From positions 32,001 to 96,000 of the forward strand of contig JAVCBU010000006.1 in NCBI GenBank assembly GCA_037917685.1: a DNA stretch of 64,000 bases, given 5' to 3'. The translations under genes were made by a program, and so were the position numbers. The notes under the pieces were generated by a model, which made no database searches, was not told the origin of the DNA, and saw only the letters and a list, made by a program, of their open reading frames with translations. Source of the DNA: Thermoproteota archaeon (GTDB lineage Archaea > Korarchaeota > Korarchaeia > Korarchaeales > JAOZGB01). This document shows positions 29,336 to 39,243 of this stretch, one piece after another. How positions within the stretch are numbered: position 1 is the stretch's first letter; every line of letters begins with the position of its first letter.

Positions 29336-30077
29336 TATTAGTTATGGATTGATTAGCCACATATACTGTAAACTCTTGTTTCTCTACTTTTAACGCTGTA
29401 TTATATCCTCCCTTACCTGCTACAACCCGAAACGTCACAGTCTTGTTACCAGTAAAGTTACCAATCCAAACAGATTCCATGTATCCACTAGCATCCGTTA
29501 AACCCTTCTCTGGATCAAATGACCCGATAGATGCTGAAAACCATACGATTGCATCCTTTAAGGGCCGGCCACTCCTATTATCAACAACGTATACTTTCAC
29601 TGTCGCATTAAATAATACCGAAATGTTCCCTCCCGGGACCGTAGCCTCACGGACCGGGACATAAATTTCAATTCTAGCGGAAAGCGCACCTGAAAACACT
29701 GAGAAGTAATCTTCGTAGCTGCCATAATTCTTAATAAATACTCTAGCACCGTAAAGCCCTACCGAGTAGTTTTCGCCTGCCTTGAACGTTAAGTTCAATT
29801 GCCCCCCGGGTGGGAATGGTACTTTTAGAGTCTCAACAGTTCTTCTATCTATATAAGAGTATATCTCCACCGTAACCTCATTTACACGTCCCTCTAATCC
29901 TTTAGGCAATCTTATAGAAACAGTATAGTCCATGCCTATACCAACAGATTTAGGACTTACTGTCACACTTACGTATTCTCTAATTGACCTTATAGTCGGT
30001 ATTCCGATGAGAAGAATAAGAACTGCAACTGCTAACATCATGGAAACCAAGTTTTTAGTCTCCTTATACCATGCCAT
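29322..30077 (-). CDS. Membrane-anchored protein with two beta-sandwich (MG2/Ig-like) domains
   Basis: N-terminal TM; SGRPLKDAIV..S..G......TDASG Ig-like motif; sequons; ATG 30077 follows GGTGA. Confidence 0.55.
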   Translation of the reverse strand: MAWYKETKNLVSMMLAVAVLILLIGIPTIRSIREYVSVTVSPKSVGIGMDYTVSIRLPKGLEGRVNEVTVEIYSYIDRRTVETLKVPFPPGGQLNLTFKAGENYSVGLYGARVFIKNYGSYEDYFSVFSGALSARIEIYVPVREATVPGGNISVLFNATVKVYVVDNRSGRPLKDAIVWFSASIGSFDPEKGLTDASGYMESVWIGNFTGNKTVTFRVVAGKGGYNTALKVEKQEFTVYVANQSITNTTSG

Positions 30078-30356
30078 GTTATCACCCGCATTCTCAAACA
30101 TTCACATTAAGCTTCTCAATTAATATTATCGTTGGGTTCTTATTGTTACTGAAACCATATTGATGGTGAATGTAAAGCAGATTCTTAGTATAATTACTCC
30201 TCAACACGATTACACCTTCACTATGAGTTTAGGCTTACGTCAGCCTTAAGCGATGGAGACATTTAAAGTTTCCCATCTCGAGGCCTAGCAATATCTGAGA
30301 ACCAAGGTCTTAATGTCTCCAACAACTTAAAAATAGTCTAAGGTTTTAAATTCTAG

Positions 30357-31490
30357 ATGGATAAGGCTGGCAGTATCAGACATATAGCCTCATCTAAGGG
30401 TATAGACTTTATACAAAGTGCTAGGTACATTATATTCGGAAGTAAGGCTTTGAATAGGATTACAGATATTTTAACACTATTGGGTTTAAGAAAGAAGACC
30501 GGCATAATAATTTCGGGACCTACGAAAACGTATAAGATAGGGCTGAATGTTCAGTCTAAACTAGATTCTGAGGGGTTTAAAGCTGAGATTATTCCTGTAA
30601 AGAGCGGCATACCAGCATTAAAAGAGGTTTACCGTGTCGAAAAGGCTATAGGCCAGACTAACGCGGAATATGTTATCGCTGTGGGAGGAGGAAGCATTAT
30701 TGACATCGCCAAGCTATCAGCAGCATGGAGAAACCTAAAGTACATTAGTGTGCCAACCTCCGCGGCACATGACGGAATAGCTTCACCATCTATCTCGTTC
30801 TTACTGAAACAGGAGGTAGAAAAAACTCGTGGGGCGGAGTGGAGCAGGTGCGAAGCCCCAATTGCTATCATTGCCGACACAGAAGTAATCATGAACGCCC
30901 CGGAAGTAACACTTATATCTGGATGTGGAGATCTGATCTCGAAGTATGTATCTGTTAAAGACTGGGTCCTAGCAGCAAAACTAAAAGATGAGCCTTTTAG
31001 CGAGTACGCGGCATCTCTCGCACTACTGAGTGCGAGACTCGTCGCTTCTCATGCAGCAGAGATAAAGCCTGGATTGGAGGAAAGCGTGAGAATTGTAGTA
31101 AAATCGCTTATTGGATCAGGTATGGCTATAAGTATAGCTGGAAGCAGCAGGCCGGCAAGCGGCTCGGAACACATGTTCAGCCATGCTTTGGATCTCTTAC
31201 ATAAAGAAAAGGGGTATAGTAATGCCCCACACGGTATACAATGTGGGTTAGGTGCCATAATGATGGAATATTTACATGGTGGAAATTGGAAGAGGCTGAG
31301 AAGGAAGTTGAAGATTATCGGCTGCCCCGTAACCGCTACAGAGGCAGGTCTTTCGGAGGAGGCTGTTGTTAAGGCTTTGACAATAGCCCACAAGATAAGG
31401 AATAGATATACTATTCTTGGAGAATCCGGGTTATCTGAGAATGCTGCGAGGAAACTGGCTGTGAAGACAGGGGTTATAGAAGGAGATTAG
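30357..31490 (+). CDS. egsA: sn-glycerol-1-phosphate dehydrogenase
   Basis: VGGGSIIDIAK, PTSAAHDGIASP, SSRPASGSEHMFSHALD, HGIQCG, RYTIL. Confidence 0.95.
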   Translation: MDKAGSIRHIASSKGIDFIQSARYIIFGSKALNRITDILTLLGLRKKTGIIISGPTKTYKIGLNVQSKLDSEGFKAEIIPVKSGIPALKEVYRVEKAIGQTNAEYVIAVGGGSIIDIAKLSAAWRNLKYISVPTSAAHDGIASPSISFLLKQEVEKTRGAEWSRCEAPIAIIADTEVIMNAPEVTLISGCGDLISKYVSVKDWVLAAKLKDEPFSEYAASLALLSARLVASHAAEIKPGLEESVRIVVKSLIGSGMAISIAGSSRPASGSEHMFSHALDLLHKEKGYSNAPHGIQCGLGAIMMEYLHGGNWKRLRRKLKIIGCPVTATEAGLSEEAVVKALTIAHKIRNRYTILGESGLSENAARKLAVKTGVIEGD

Positions 31491-32121
31491 CCGCAACCCT
31501 TGAAAACATACTTGAGAGGAAGAATGAAGCTATAGTTGAAGATAAAGATTTTACTGTCCCAAGTTTGTGTATGGACTTGCAAATCGCAAAAACTATAAAA
31601 GCCTGCCATAGGGTGAAGATAACCATTAGCACGGGCCTAGCATGTATAAATGGGTCGTTTTCGATGTAAGCATGGAAAACCTCAGAGAGCAAAATAGAAA
31701 CATTCGATTTAGCGGGTACGTTAACTACAGGGTGAAGGATATTGTATATTAGGAGAGAACAGTAGTAGGGGATTTGCACTATAAAACTGTAGCATACAGC
31801 TCTAAAATGCTGGTCAATAGAACCATACCCTCCAAATATTGCTGAAATGAACCATCCTATGACGGATAATGACAGAATATTTACAGCAACAACTACGAGG
31901 GGAGGAAAAACTATTCTATTCTTGATTTGAAGGGAAACTTGCATTATAATCCCGGAGGTGAGATTCCCTTGTAAAACTCTAATCTTACTTAGCATTGCCA
32001 GTCCGGAAATAAGTACCAAGAATATGGATGTGAAGATTATTATGGTAGCTGTCTTATAGGTAAGCTCCGCTTCTTCGAAAAATCGAGTTGGAGAAACAAG
32101 AAGTGAGGAAAGATTATCCAT
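31474..32121 (-). CDS. Yip1-family membrane protein
   Basis: LLVSPTRFFE start, about five TM helices, GG.GS...F. Confidence 0.7.
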   Translation of the reverse strand: MDNLSSLLVSPTRFFEEAELTYKTATIIIFTSIFLVLISGLAMLSKIRVLQGNLTSGIIMQVSLQIKNRIVFPPLVVVAVNILSLSVIGWFISAIFGGYGSIDQHFRAVCYSFIVQIPYYCSLLIYNILHPVVNVPAKSNVSILLSEVFHAYIENDPFIHARPVLMVIFTLWQAFIVFAICKSIHKLGTVKSLSSTIASFFLSSMFSRVAANLLL

Positions 32122-32569
32122 CGTGTTCCCCTTGAAATTTCCTTATTACACGATTTATTATCTCGCTTGAACTTTTAAACCTGCCGGTATACTTGGAAGC
32201 TCTAAATATCTTTGATGTCAAACCATTACGTTTAAGTTTCTCTGCAAGTTCGTTCTCGTCTATTTTTTGATCATAACCTAAAACTATTATGTCCGGTTTA
32301 ATGTCGAGTACTATCTTTGTTAAATCTTTGCATTCATATCCGAGTATTGCCTTGTCTACAGGTTTCAACTGTTCAACTATAAATCTCCTTGTCTCTTCAT
32401 CAAATATGGGCTCCTTTCCTTTAATCCTTTCTACAGTTGAGTCTCTAGCGACTACTACAATTAGTATGGAATCCTCCCCGCCAATATCTTTTGCTTCTCT
32501 AAGATAGTGGATATGTCCGGGGTGAATTATATCAAAACATCCAGCGGTCATGACTATCTTCAAATGCAC
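32114..32569 (-). CDS. ribL: FAD synthase (cytidylyltransferase family)
   Basis: AGCFDIIHPGHIHYLREAK, VARDSTV, PDIIVLGYDQ, SSSEII. Confidence 0.85.
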   Translation of the reverse strand: MHLKIVMTAGCFDIIHPGHIHYLREAKDIGGEDSILIVVVARDSTVERIKGKEPIFDEETRRFIVEQLKPVDKAILGYECKDLTKIVLDIKPDIIVLGYDQKIDENELAEKLKRNGLTSKIFRASKYTGRFKSSSEIINRVIRKFQGEHDG

Positions 32570-32622
32570 ACACCTAAAGTTTATCGTAAAGGTGGCTTGT
32601 TTAATATTAAAGGTAGGGACTA

Positions 32623-33975
32623 TTGACCATCTCCGTTTTTAAGAACAGCAGTCTTAAAAAGACACTTCTAAAAGAGGCTATAAATCTTGAAAGCGGATGG
32701 TACGCTCTTATAGAAGGAAAAACAACTGTAGCTACAGATGGTAAAATGTCGGTGGTTTTCTGGAACACGGTATTCGATCGGGACCACCAGATAAAACCTG
32801 CAGATACGCTCCTAAGATTCATAAAAAGAGAAGGCTTCCTTAAAGGAGCGGAGCAATTTTGCATGAAGTATGGAGGGAACTACTGTTTTATCGCATGCAA
32901 AGGCGATGGAATTTTAGCGTACAGGAGCTTAACATGTAGTAAGCCTCTGTACTACTCGGTCCAGAATAAAACGGTCATCATAACATCTAAGAGGACTCCA
33001 TTCTTGCTTGATGGAATACGGAATTTTAGAAGGATAGGTAATGGAAAACTCGTTATTCCGGGAGCCAAGTCCAAAAAGGTATATTACTCCCCCAGCATTA
33101 AAGATGTAGACATTTATGAGGCAATAATAACAGCCCCCATGAGGTTAGGGCTAACGGGGAAGATAGCTGTTGCCTTCTCTGGTGGGGTTGATAGCTGTAT
33201 AACAGCAAAAGCCATAGCCGACGTGGGCGGCGAAGTTAAATTATTTACGACGGTGTTTGAGGGTGGGGTTGACGAGGAATGTGCTTTAGAAGCCGCTGAA
33301 GCCTTAGACTTACCTTTGAAAGTTACAAAGGTGGAGGATGCCCTGGTAGAGGAAAGACTGGAAAAGATTATTCTTGCTGCTGAAACTAGTGATGTTATTC
33401 AAGTTTCAGTGTCTATACCAGTTTATTTTACATGCTTAGAGGCCAGTAAAGAGGGATTTAGCGTTCTATCATCTGGGCAGGGTGCGGATGAACTTACTGC
33501 TGGATATCATAGGTATGAAAGAGCTCTCATCAAATACGGTTATGATAGGATTAGAATGATGCTAAAAAGCGACATATCAGAATTCTTTAAAGGTGTAGAG
33601 TTTTTTGACAGGGTGTCATCGGCTTTGGGGGTCTCTAGTATCCCACTCTTTACAGATCAAATTGTATTTGAAGTACTTAACTCCATAACTCCTCGAGATA
33701 AGATAAGGGTTATTGATAACAAAGTTGTAAGAAAGATCGTACTGAGAAACGTGGCTACTAAAATGGGAATACCAGAAAAAATAGCTTTAAGAGATAAAAA
33801 AGCTGCACAATACAGTTCTGGATGCTGGAAAACATTGAAACGAATTGCAAAGATGAGATTAATGAAACTTAGAAGGGAGGTGGGTGCTGAACGGTATTTA
33901 AGAACGATGATTAATTCGATTGCTACTAAATATGGTTTATTTAGTTTAAATAGCAACCTTAATAAAGTAGATTGA
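32623..33975 (+). CDS. Asparagine synthase-family protein with degenerate glutaminase domain
   Basis: AFSGGVDS, SGQGADEL.AGY, KKAAQYSSG; no N-terminal Cys. Confidence 0.75.
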   Translation: MTISVFKNSSLKKTLLKEAINLESGWYALIEGKTTVATDGKMSVVFWNTVFDRDHQIKPADTLLRFIKREGFLKGAEQFCMKYGGNYCFIACKGDGILAYRSLTCSKPLYYSVQNKTVIITSKRTPFLLDGIRNFRRIGNGKLVIPGAKSKKVYYSPSIKDVDIYEAIITAPMRLGLTGKIAVAFSGGVDSCITAKAIADVGGEVKLFTTVFEGGVDEECALEAAEALDLPLKVTKVEDALVEERLEKIILAAETSDVIQVSVSIPVYFTCLEASKEGFSVLSSGQGADELTAGYHRYERALIKYGYDRIRMMLKSDISEFFKGVEFFDRVSSALGVSSIPLFTDQIVFEVLNSITPRDKIRVIDNKVVRKIVLRNVATKMGIPEKIALRDKKAAQYSSGCWKTLKRIAKMRLMKLRREVGAERYLRTMINSIATKYGLFSLNSNLNKVD

Positions 33976-33981
33976 TGTGAT

Positions 33982-34737
33982 ATGGTGGGAGGGATGATTA
34001 GACTGAAGCTCTTGATATTTTGTACCGTTCTCCTAGTAACCATTAGTAGTACGCTACCATGCTATTTCCAAGCGAATTCATGGACTATGAGAGAGGAAAA
34101 GTGGTATATAGACCGCCAGGGCGGTGCCTGGGGAGACCTTAGAATATTTTACTCTCCAGATCTAGGTGACAAGGTTAGGGAGGAGATATTAGTAAAAAAG
34201 ACGATGAACCTCTCATTTTACACCGAGATTTACGAAAGTTACATAAAAACAGAGTATAAAATCATGGGGCTAAACCTAACAAACCTAACTGTCAAAATAA
34301 CTAATCTGGAGAAGTTTGGAATGCCGCTAGAGGTTGACGTGAAAATAGAAGTATGGGAGTTCTCTGTTGGAAGGGTAATTAGAACAGACAAAAATGAGAC
34401 AAAAACTATTTGGGAGATAGTTTACAATGTTAGAAAGCCATCCTATGGTGTACATGGCGTAAACTTTACATATCAATTCTACCTCCCAGAGGGAGCTATG
34501 CTCGAAGATTATAAGACAAGTCCGGAGGGGTATGGGACAATAAATGCTATAGAAAAGGAGAGAATCGTAGAATTCAAATTTAAAAGTGTTGACGAAAATG
34601 TGAAGCTATATATAAGTTATACGTTTGAGAAACAAGGTTTAGAGGAGAAAAAAATTGTAATAGGCGTGATTCTGGGATTGTTAATAGTGGCATCAGCCTT
34701 ATTCCTCATTTTAAGGCGGCGAAGACAGGCTTTCTAG
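33982..34737 (+). CDS. Secreted glycoprotein with C-terminal TM anchor
   Basis: Signal peptide, several N-x-S/T sequons, C-terminal TM followed by RRRR. Confidence 0.6.
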   Translation: MVGGMIRLKLLIFCTVLLVTISSTLPCYFQANSWTMREEKWYIDRQGGAWGDLRIFYSPDLGDKVREEILVKKTMNLSFYTEIYESYIKTEYKIMGLNLTNLTVKITNLEKFGMPLEVDVKIEVWEFSVGRVIRTDKNETKTIWEIVYNVRKPSYGVHGVNFTYQFYLPEGAMLEDYKTSPEGYGTINAIEKERIVEFKFKSVDENVKLYISYTFEKQGLEEKKIVIGVILGLLIVASALFLILRRRRQAF

Positions 34738-35228
34738 TCTTCCCTATATTTTATTTTGATAAGGAACTCTTTTCTTTCTTTCCTATCTTCCTCGCTCTCC
34801 ACGCCTAGTGGTGGATAACCGTCAACAACTCCAAGAATGCATCTTCCCTGCCCAGTCACACCAATTACCACTTCAACAGGGTTTGCTGTTGCACAATATA
34901 AAGTGACAACCTCGCTTACCTCCTTGATCCGTGGGATAACGTTTATTGGGAAAGCATTACCTAAAAGAATAACAAAGCAGTGTCCACACGCTATTCTTTT
35001 GCAGAGTTCTACGGCATCGTTTTCAAGCTCCTTATCAGTACCCGCGTGCCTAATGAGCCTTTTACCGGATGACTCGCAGAATGCTACTCCAAATCTTATC
35101 CCGGGCACAGACTCTGATAGCGCATTATACAGGTCCTCCACCGTCTTAATAAAGTGGCTTTGACCTATAATCACATTAACCCCATTTTTAGGCCTGAATT
35201 TAACGACTTCAACATTGAGGCTCGACAT
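34734..35228 (-). CDS. DUF355 / adenosine-specific kinase family protein
   Basis: NVIIGQSHFIKTVEDL, AFCESSG, ATANP, GVVDG. Confidence 0.88.
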   Translation of the reverse strand: MSSLNVEVVKFRPKNGVNVIIGQSHFIKTVEDLYNALSESVPGIRFGVAFCESSGKRLIRHAGTDKELENDAVELCKRIACGHCFVILLGNAFPINVIPRIKEVSEVVTLYCATANPVEVVIGVTGQGRCILGVVDGYPPLGVESEEDRKERKEFLIKIKYRED

Positions 35229-35297
35229 ACAATATTAAAGGTAGGTGTTTATTATAACTCTCACTACTGTAGAAGTTCTTAAACTGGTGACATAGAG

Positions 35298-36227
35298 ATG
35301 AGATTAAAGGCTGCCGTAATAGGTTGCGGATGGTTTGGAAAGGCTCATGCAAGGGTGTATAGGACGATAAGAAACGTGGAGCTGGTAGCTGTAGCAGATA
35401 AAAATTTCGAAAGGGCCAAAAATGTTGCAGAGGGGTATGGGTGTAAGGCTTACAAAGACCATATAAGCCTCCTGGAAAGAGAAGATATAGACCTGTTAAG
35501 CATCGCAGTAACTCCTCAATACCTTGTAGACATAGCTCTAGAATCCATAGATTATGGAGTCAACATTCTCCTTGAGAAGCCTTTATCCACTAAGATTGAA
35601 AAGTATGAGAAGCTTGTACAAAAGGTAAAAAAAGCTTCGATAGTTTTTATGCCCGGATTCATCGAACTATTTAACCCGGCATATGAGGTTGCGTCAAGTA
35701 TAATTAGAAAGGGGGAGCTTGGGGAGATATACAATGTAAGCGCAAGAAGAATAGGCAGAACTCCTAAGAGAGGACTTAAATGGGAGGTTGGGGTAACTTT
35801 AGACCTTGCAATCCACGAGGTGTATATCTTAAATGATCTTTTTGGCGATGTTGAGTTCGTGGGAAGCTATAAAAGCATGGTGCTAGGTGAGCCATATGAG
35901 GATGTAGCTCTAATTGTGCTAAGAATGAAGAATAGGGCTATGGGTTTGATTGAAGTTAACTGGATAACTCCAACAAGTGTAAGAGAGTTAAGAGTAAGCG
36001 GGTCTAAGGGTAGCTTAAGTTTGAATTATAAAACACAAACTGTCGAGGTGAACTATAGAGAAGGGTTAGAAGCTCCATATATACGGAATGAGGAGCCGTT
36101 AAAAAGAGAGCTTGAACATTTCGCTTCCTCAGTGGGTGAAGGATCCAAACCGTATCCTGACGAGGATTTCGGTCTTAAAGTTTTAAAAATGGTGTTTAGG
36201 GCGGTTGATGATGCTTTACAAATTTAA
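35298..36227 (+). CDS. Gfo/Idh/MocA oxidoreductase
   Basis: VIGCGWFG..H, LEKP, DLAIH, EEPLKREL. Confidence 0.88.
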   Translation: MRLKAAVIGCGWFGKAHARVYRTIRNVELVAVADKNFERAKNVAEGYGCKAYKDHISLLEREDIDLLSIAVTPQYLVDIALESIDYGVNILLEKPLSTKIEKYEKLVQKVKKASIVFMPGFIELFNPAYEVASSIIRKGELGEIYNVSARRIGRTPKRGLKWEVGVTLDLAIHEVYILNDLFGDVEFVGSYKSMVLGEPYEDVALIVLRMKNRAMGLIEVNWITPTSVRELRVSGSKGSLSLNYKTQTVEVNYREGLEAPYIRNEEPLKRELEHFASSVGEGSKPYPDEDFGLKVLKMVFRAVDDALQI

Positions 36228-36831
36228 TCGTAAGACGATACGTCTATTTATCACTGCCATGGTGACATCTGTAGGTATAAGCTTGCTTTTTCAACTAATC
36301 TTCCTATATTTGTTCATCGAACAAGTTTATGCAGAAATAGGAGGAGGCTATTTCGGGTATCAAGGGGTTGAAATAATGGGACTAATCGGCTATTCAAGGA
36401 TAAAACTTGCATTGCTAGCACTATGTCCGTTTTCTTTAAACAGGATAAGATTAGCGTTTTACATTCCTGGACAGCATCTCGGGAGCGTTGAAATAGAGGG
36501 TGCCGGGAAGTATAGTGTTTTTTATCCTTTCTTCGTGTTTTTAGGGACTATAGCCTATCTTCGTTCCCTTGAAAAGCATGGAGCATTTAGCAAAGTCTAC
36601 ATGGCATTTTCTTCTCTGTTGGTATCGCTTCTAACACTATTCTTGCAAATCTTTCTATCAGCAATTCCTTTTCTGGTATCTACAACATACGGTTTGGTTA
36701 CTATGAGTGTGGAGCTTAATTTCTCAAACTTACCTTTAAGTATTTCAATAACTTTGGGGAGTAGTTCTATAGCATACATAGTTTGGAATAGGGGTTTAAT
36801 TGGGGCTAACATGGGAGGATCTCAGCATTAA
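36205..36831 (+). CDS. Hypothetical multi-pass membrane protein
   Basis: Four or more hydrophobic segments; overlaps both neighbours. Confidence 0.55.
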   Translation: MMMLYKFNRKTIRLFITAMVTSVGISLLFQLIFLYLFIEQVYAEIGGGYFGYQGVEIMGLIGYSRIKLALLALCPFSLNRIRLAFYIPGQHLGSVEIEGAGKYSVFYPFFVFLGTIAYLRSLEKHGAFSKVYMAFSSLLVSLLTLFLQIFLSAIPFLVSTTYGLVTMSVELNFSNLPLSISITLGSSSIAYIVWNRGLIGANMGGSQH

Positions 36832-37915
36832 AGGCCACGTACATGGCGAACTAGTGATAGTAGAAGCAGGAGAGGAAGAGAAAGGCATGTTATACAGGCG
36901 TGGGTGGGGATTCAAGGCTCCTGACGGCCAGCTATTTCTACCTCTGGTGTCAGCAGCTTATCTGTCAGAAAATGATAAACTTGAAGTATACGAGGAAGAT
37001 AGGAAACTTACTGTATCTGAAATAATGAGTTTAGCGGCTAAAATAAACCCCACAGATATCTTGCGATATTTTGTACTCAAGGATCTAAGATCTAAGGGCA
37101 GGATTGTGAAGGTTGAGCCGAAGACACCATTCATGAGATTGTATCCAAGGGGGGCAGAAGTCGGACTCGAGACAGCTAGAATACTTGTATACTCTGTGTC
37201 AGAAGATGAACCGTTAAAACAAGGAGAACTCGTAAAAATAATTAGATACGCAGCTAGAACTAGGAAAACTCTCTTACTAGCCGTAATAGATGATGAAATG
37301 AACATTAGCTATTATACCGCAGAGCAATTCCAGCCTGAACAGATTAGGGAAGTACAACTCCCTAGAAATAAGGCTGTTGCTGAACTGATACATGACAGAA
37401 TAATAATATGGAATGGAGAATTAGCTGACGAATTCTATAAGAATGGTTTTTGGGGTCATCCTATAGGTGTCAGAAAGCCTAAAGTCACAGAAAAATATGG
37501 AAAACCGCTCCAACTCTCCCTCCTTGAAGGAATATATCTTGCCGAGAAGGGATGCATAGAAGTGATCGATGTCGAGAGCGGAGAGAAAATCACCCCAGAA
37601 AGCCTTATTAAACCGCTAGGCAAGATGAGAAGAAAGGCTTTGGTTAAGCTTTCTGTCTATAGATTTTGGAGAGATAAAGGATACATTGTTAAACCAGCAT
37701 CAAAGTATGGTGTAGACTTTATGTTTTACAAGTATGGCCCGGGCATAGACCATGCCCCCTACATGTGCTTCACATCTAGCCCCGACGAGGAAATCCTGCC
37801 AGTCGAACTCATAAGAGCAGGGAGAATAGCTACGACAGTCAGAAAAACACTGGTTGTAAGTGTAAAAGAGAATAATCATATATTTCACTACCGTGTAAAG
37901 TGGTACAAGCCATAG
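36800..37915 (+). CDS. endA: tRNA splicing endonuclease, fused two-unit (alpha2) type
   Basis: Two EndA units; C-terminal unit has catalytic Y-H-K (KYGVDF.FY..GPGIDHAPY...VRK). Confidence 0.92.
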   Translation: MGLTWEDLSIKGHVHGELVIVEAGEEEKGMLYRRGWGFKAPDGQLFLPLVSAAYLSENDKLEVYEEDRKLTVSEIMSLAAKINPTDILRYFVLKDLRSKGRIVKVEPKTPFMRLYPRGAEVGLETARILVYSVSEDEPLKQGELVKIIRYAARTRKTLLLAVIDDEMNISYYTAEQFQPEQIREVQLPRNKAVAELIHDRIIIWNGELADEFYKNGFWGHPIGVRKPKVTEKYGKPLQLSLLEGIYLAEKGCIEVIDVESGEKITPESLIKPLGKMRRKALVKLSVYRFWRDKGYIVKPASKYGVDFMFYKYGPGIDHAPYMCFTSSPDEEILPVELIRAGRIATTVRKTLVVSVKENNHIFHYRVKWYKP

Positions 37916-37922
37916 TAAGGAG

Positions 37923-38327
37923 TTATTTGTTTATAAGAAGTTCTACAAACCTGGATGCATGAACACCTGAAGATTTGGCTTTCTCAAAAGTTAATTTAAA
38001 GCCTCTGGAGGTTTTCTCAAATGTTTCTGGTCTTGCGAATACAGCAAGCTTAAATTTTTTAAACACAACGTAGAACCATGGTTCCGAGCCGAATAAGGTG
38101 CTAAACTCCAACAGAGAATCAAGGTCTGTTTGTGAAATGTACAATGTCCTCTCATAGGTTGTTTTAACCTGTATAGCCGCTATATTACCTTTAAAACCTA
38201 CTAACACGTCTGGAGAATAGCTGGACTTACCGCTTCCGGCTATTCTAACAGCGGCCAATCCTTTCTTTCTCAAAATTCTAGTAAGCTTCCACTCATACCT
38301 GTATCCATGTTTATACAGTTTAGTCAC
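37923..38327 (-). CDS. hjc: Holliday junction resolvase Hjc
   Basis: YKHG..YE, VRIAGSG, PDVLV, IQVKT. Confidence 0.85.
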   Translation of the reverse strand: MTKLYKHGYRYEWKLTRILRKKGLAAVRIAGSGKSSYSPDVLVGFKGNIAAIQVKTTYERTLYISQTDLDSLLEFSTLFGSEPWFYVVFKKFKLAVFARPETFEKTSRGFKLTFEKAKSSGVHASRFVELLINK

Positions 38328-39204
38328 CTGTAAGTTTTACGGCTCCATCCTTAATTATTAGGAAGGTATGCTCAGCTTGAGCGATAGGAGCCCCCTTAAC
38401 TTCTACTAAGACTGGAAATTCATATAAAGCATTCTTCTTCAACAGGATCTTCAAAGCCTTTTTGAAATCTAAGCCTGTTACCCATCTTTCACAGAACGGA
38501 AGTCGCATGCACTCGTCTCTACTAAACATAAGAAGCTTCTCAGCGTCTCCTGAGGCTTTAATATCCCTCCTATACATGAAAATATAGGATTCTCTGCCAT
38601 CCGTAACCCTTCCAGCCCCCCAGTTCGCGGTTGTAAACGGTTCTATGGCGATAACATCACCCTCCCTGAGCCTATAGCCACCAAATGTTGGTACATTAGG
38701 TATCGACGCTCCATGGATCTTATACCTTTCTATTTTATGTCCTGAGAGGTTCTCTATAACCTTAAGATTAAAACTTCTAACTGTACTGTAGATTACCTCT
38801 CCTATCCGCCCAACCTTCAAACCTGGTCTAAGAATTCTTTCAGCTCTTTCAAGTGCTGCTCTGGCAGCTTCTACAAGAACGGACAGTCTATCGTCAAAAC
38901 ATATTGTGATGGCAGAATCAACAATACAGCCGTCTATGTGTAAACCCATATCAACCTTAACTATGTCTGTTGACCCTATCACGAGGCTATCTCTTGGAGG
39001 TGATGTGTAGTGAGCAGCTGTACTTCCTATTGAGATGTTCGTCGGGAAAGCGGGTTTGAACCCGGCTTCTCTTATCATCTTTTCAGACTGTTCACAGATG
39101 TCAATTACCTTAACTCCCTCTCTAACCATATTAGCTGTCGTTTTAAGGATGTCCCTAAGCTTTTCCCCTGCAATATAGTACTTCTCAGTATCATTGACCC
39201 CCAA
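38320..39204 (-). CDS. map: Methionine aminopeptidase type II
   Basis: AFPTNIS, AAHYT, VKVDMG.HIDG.IVDSA, NLSGH, AIEPF, AQAEHT. Confidence 0.95.
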   Translation of the reverse strand: MGVNDTEKYYIAGEKLRDILKTTANMVREGVKVIDICEQSEKMIREAGFKPAFPTNISIGSTAAHYTSPPRDSLVIGSTDIVKVDMGLHIDGCIVDSAITICFDDRLSVLVEAARAALERAERILRPGLKVGRIGEVIYSTVRSFNLKVIENLSGHKIERYKIHGASIPNVPTFGGYRLREGDVIAIEPFTTANWGAGRVTDGRESYIFMYRRDIKASGDAEKLLMFSRDECMRLPFCERWVTGLDFKKALKILLKKNALYEFPVLVEVKGAPIAQAEHTFLIIKDGAVKLTGD

Positions 39205-39243
39205 TTCCCAGTTTAAAATTCTGATGTAAAGTTTTAAGTCTTC

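Noticed and set aside
30094-30207. 37-codon minus-strand ORF preceded by AGGTG
   Set aside because: No recognisable motif and short enough to occur by chance
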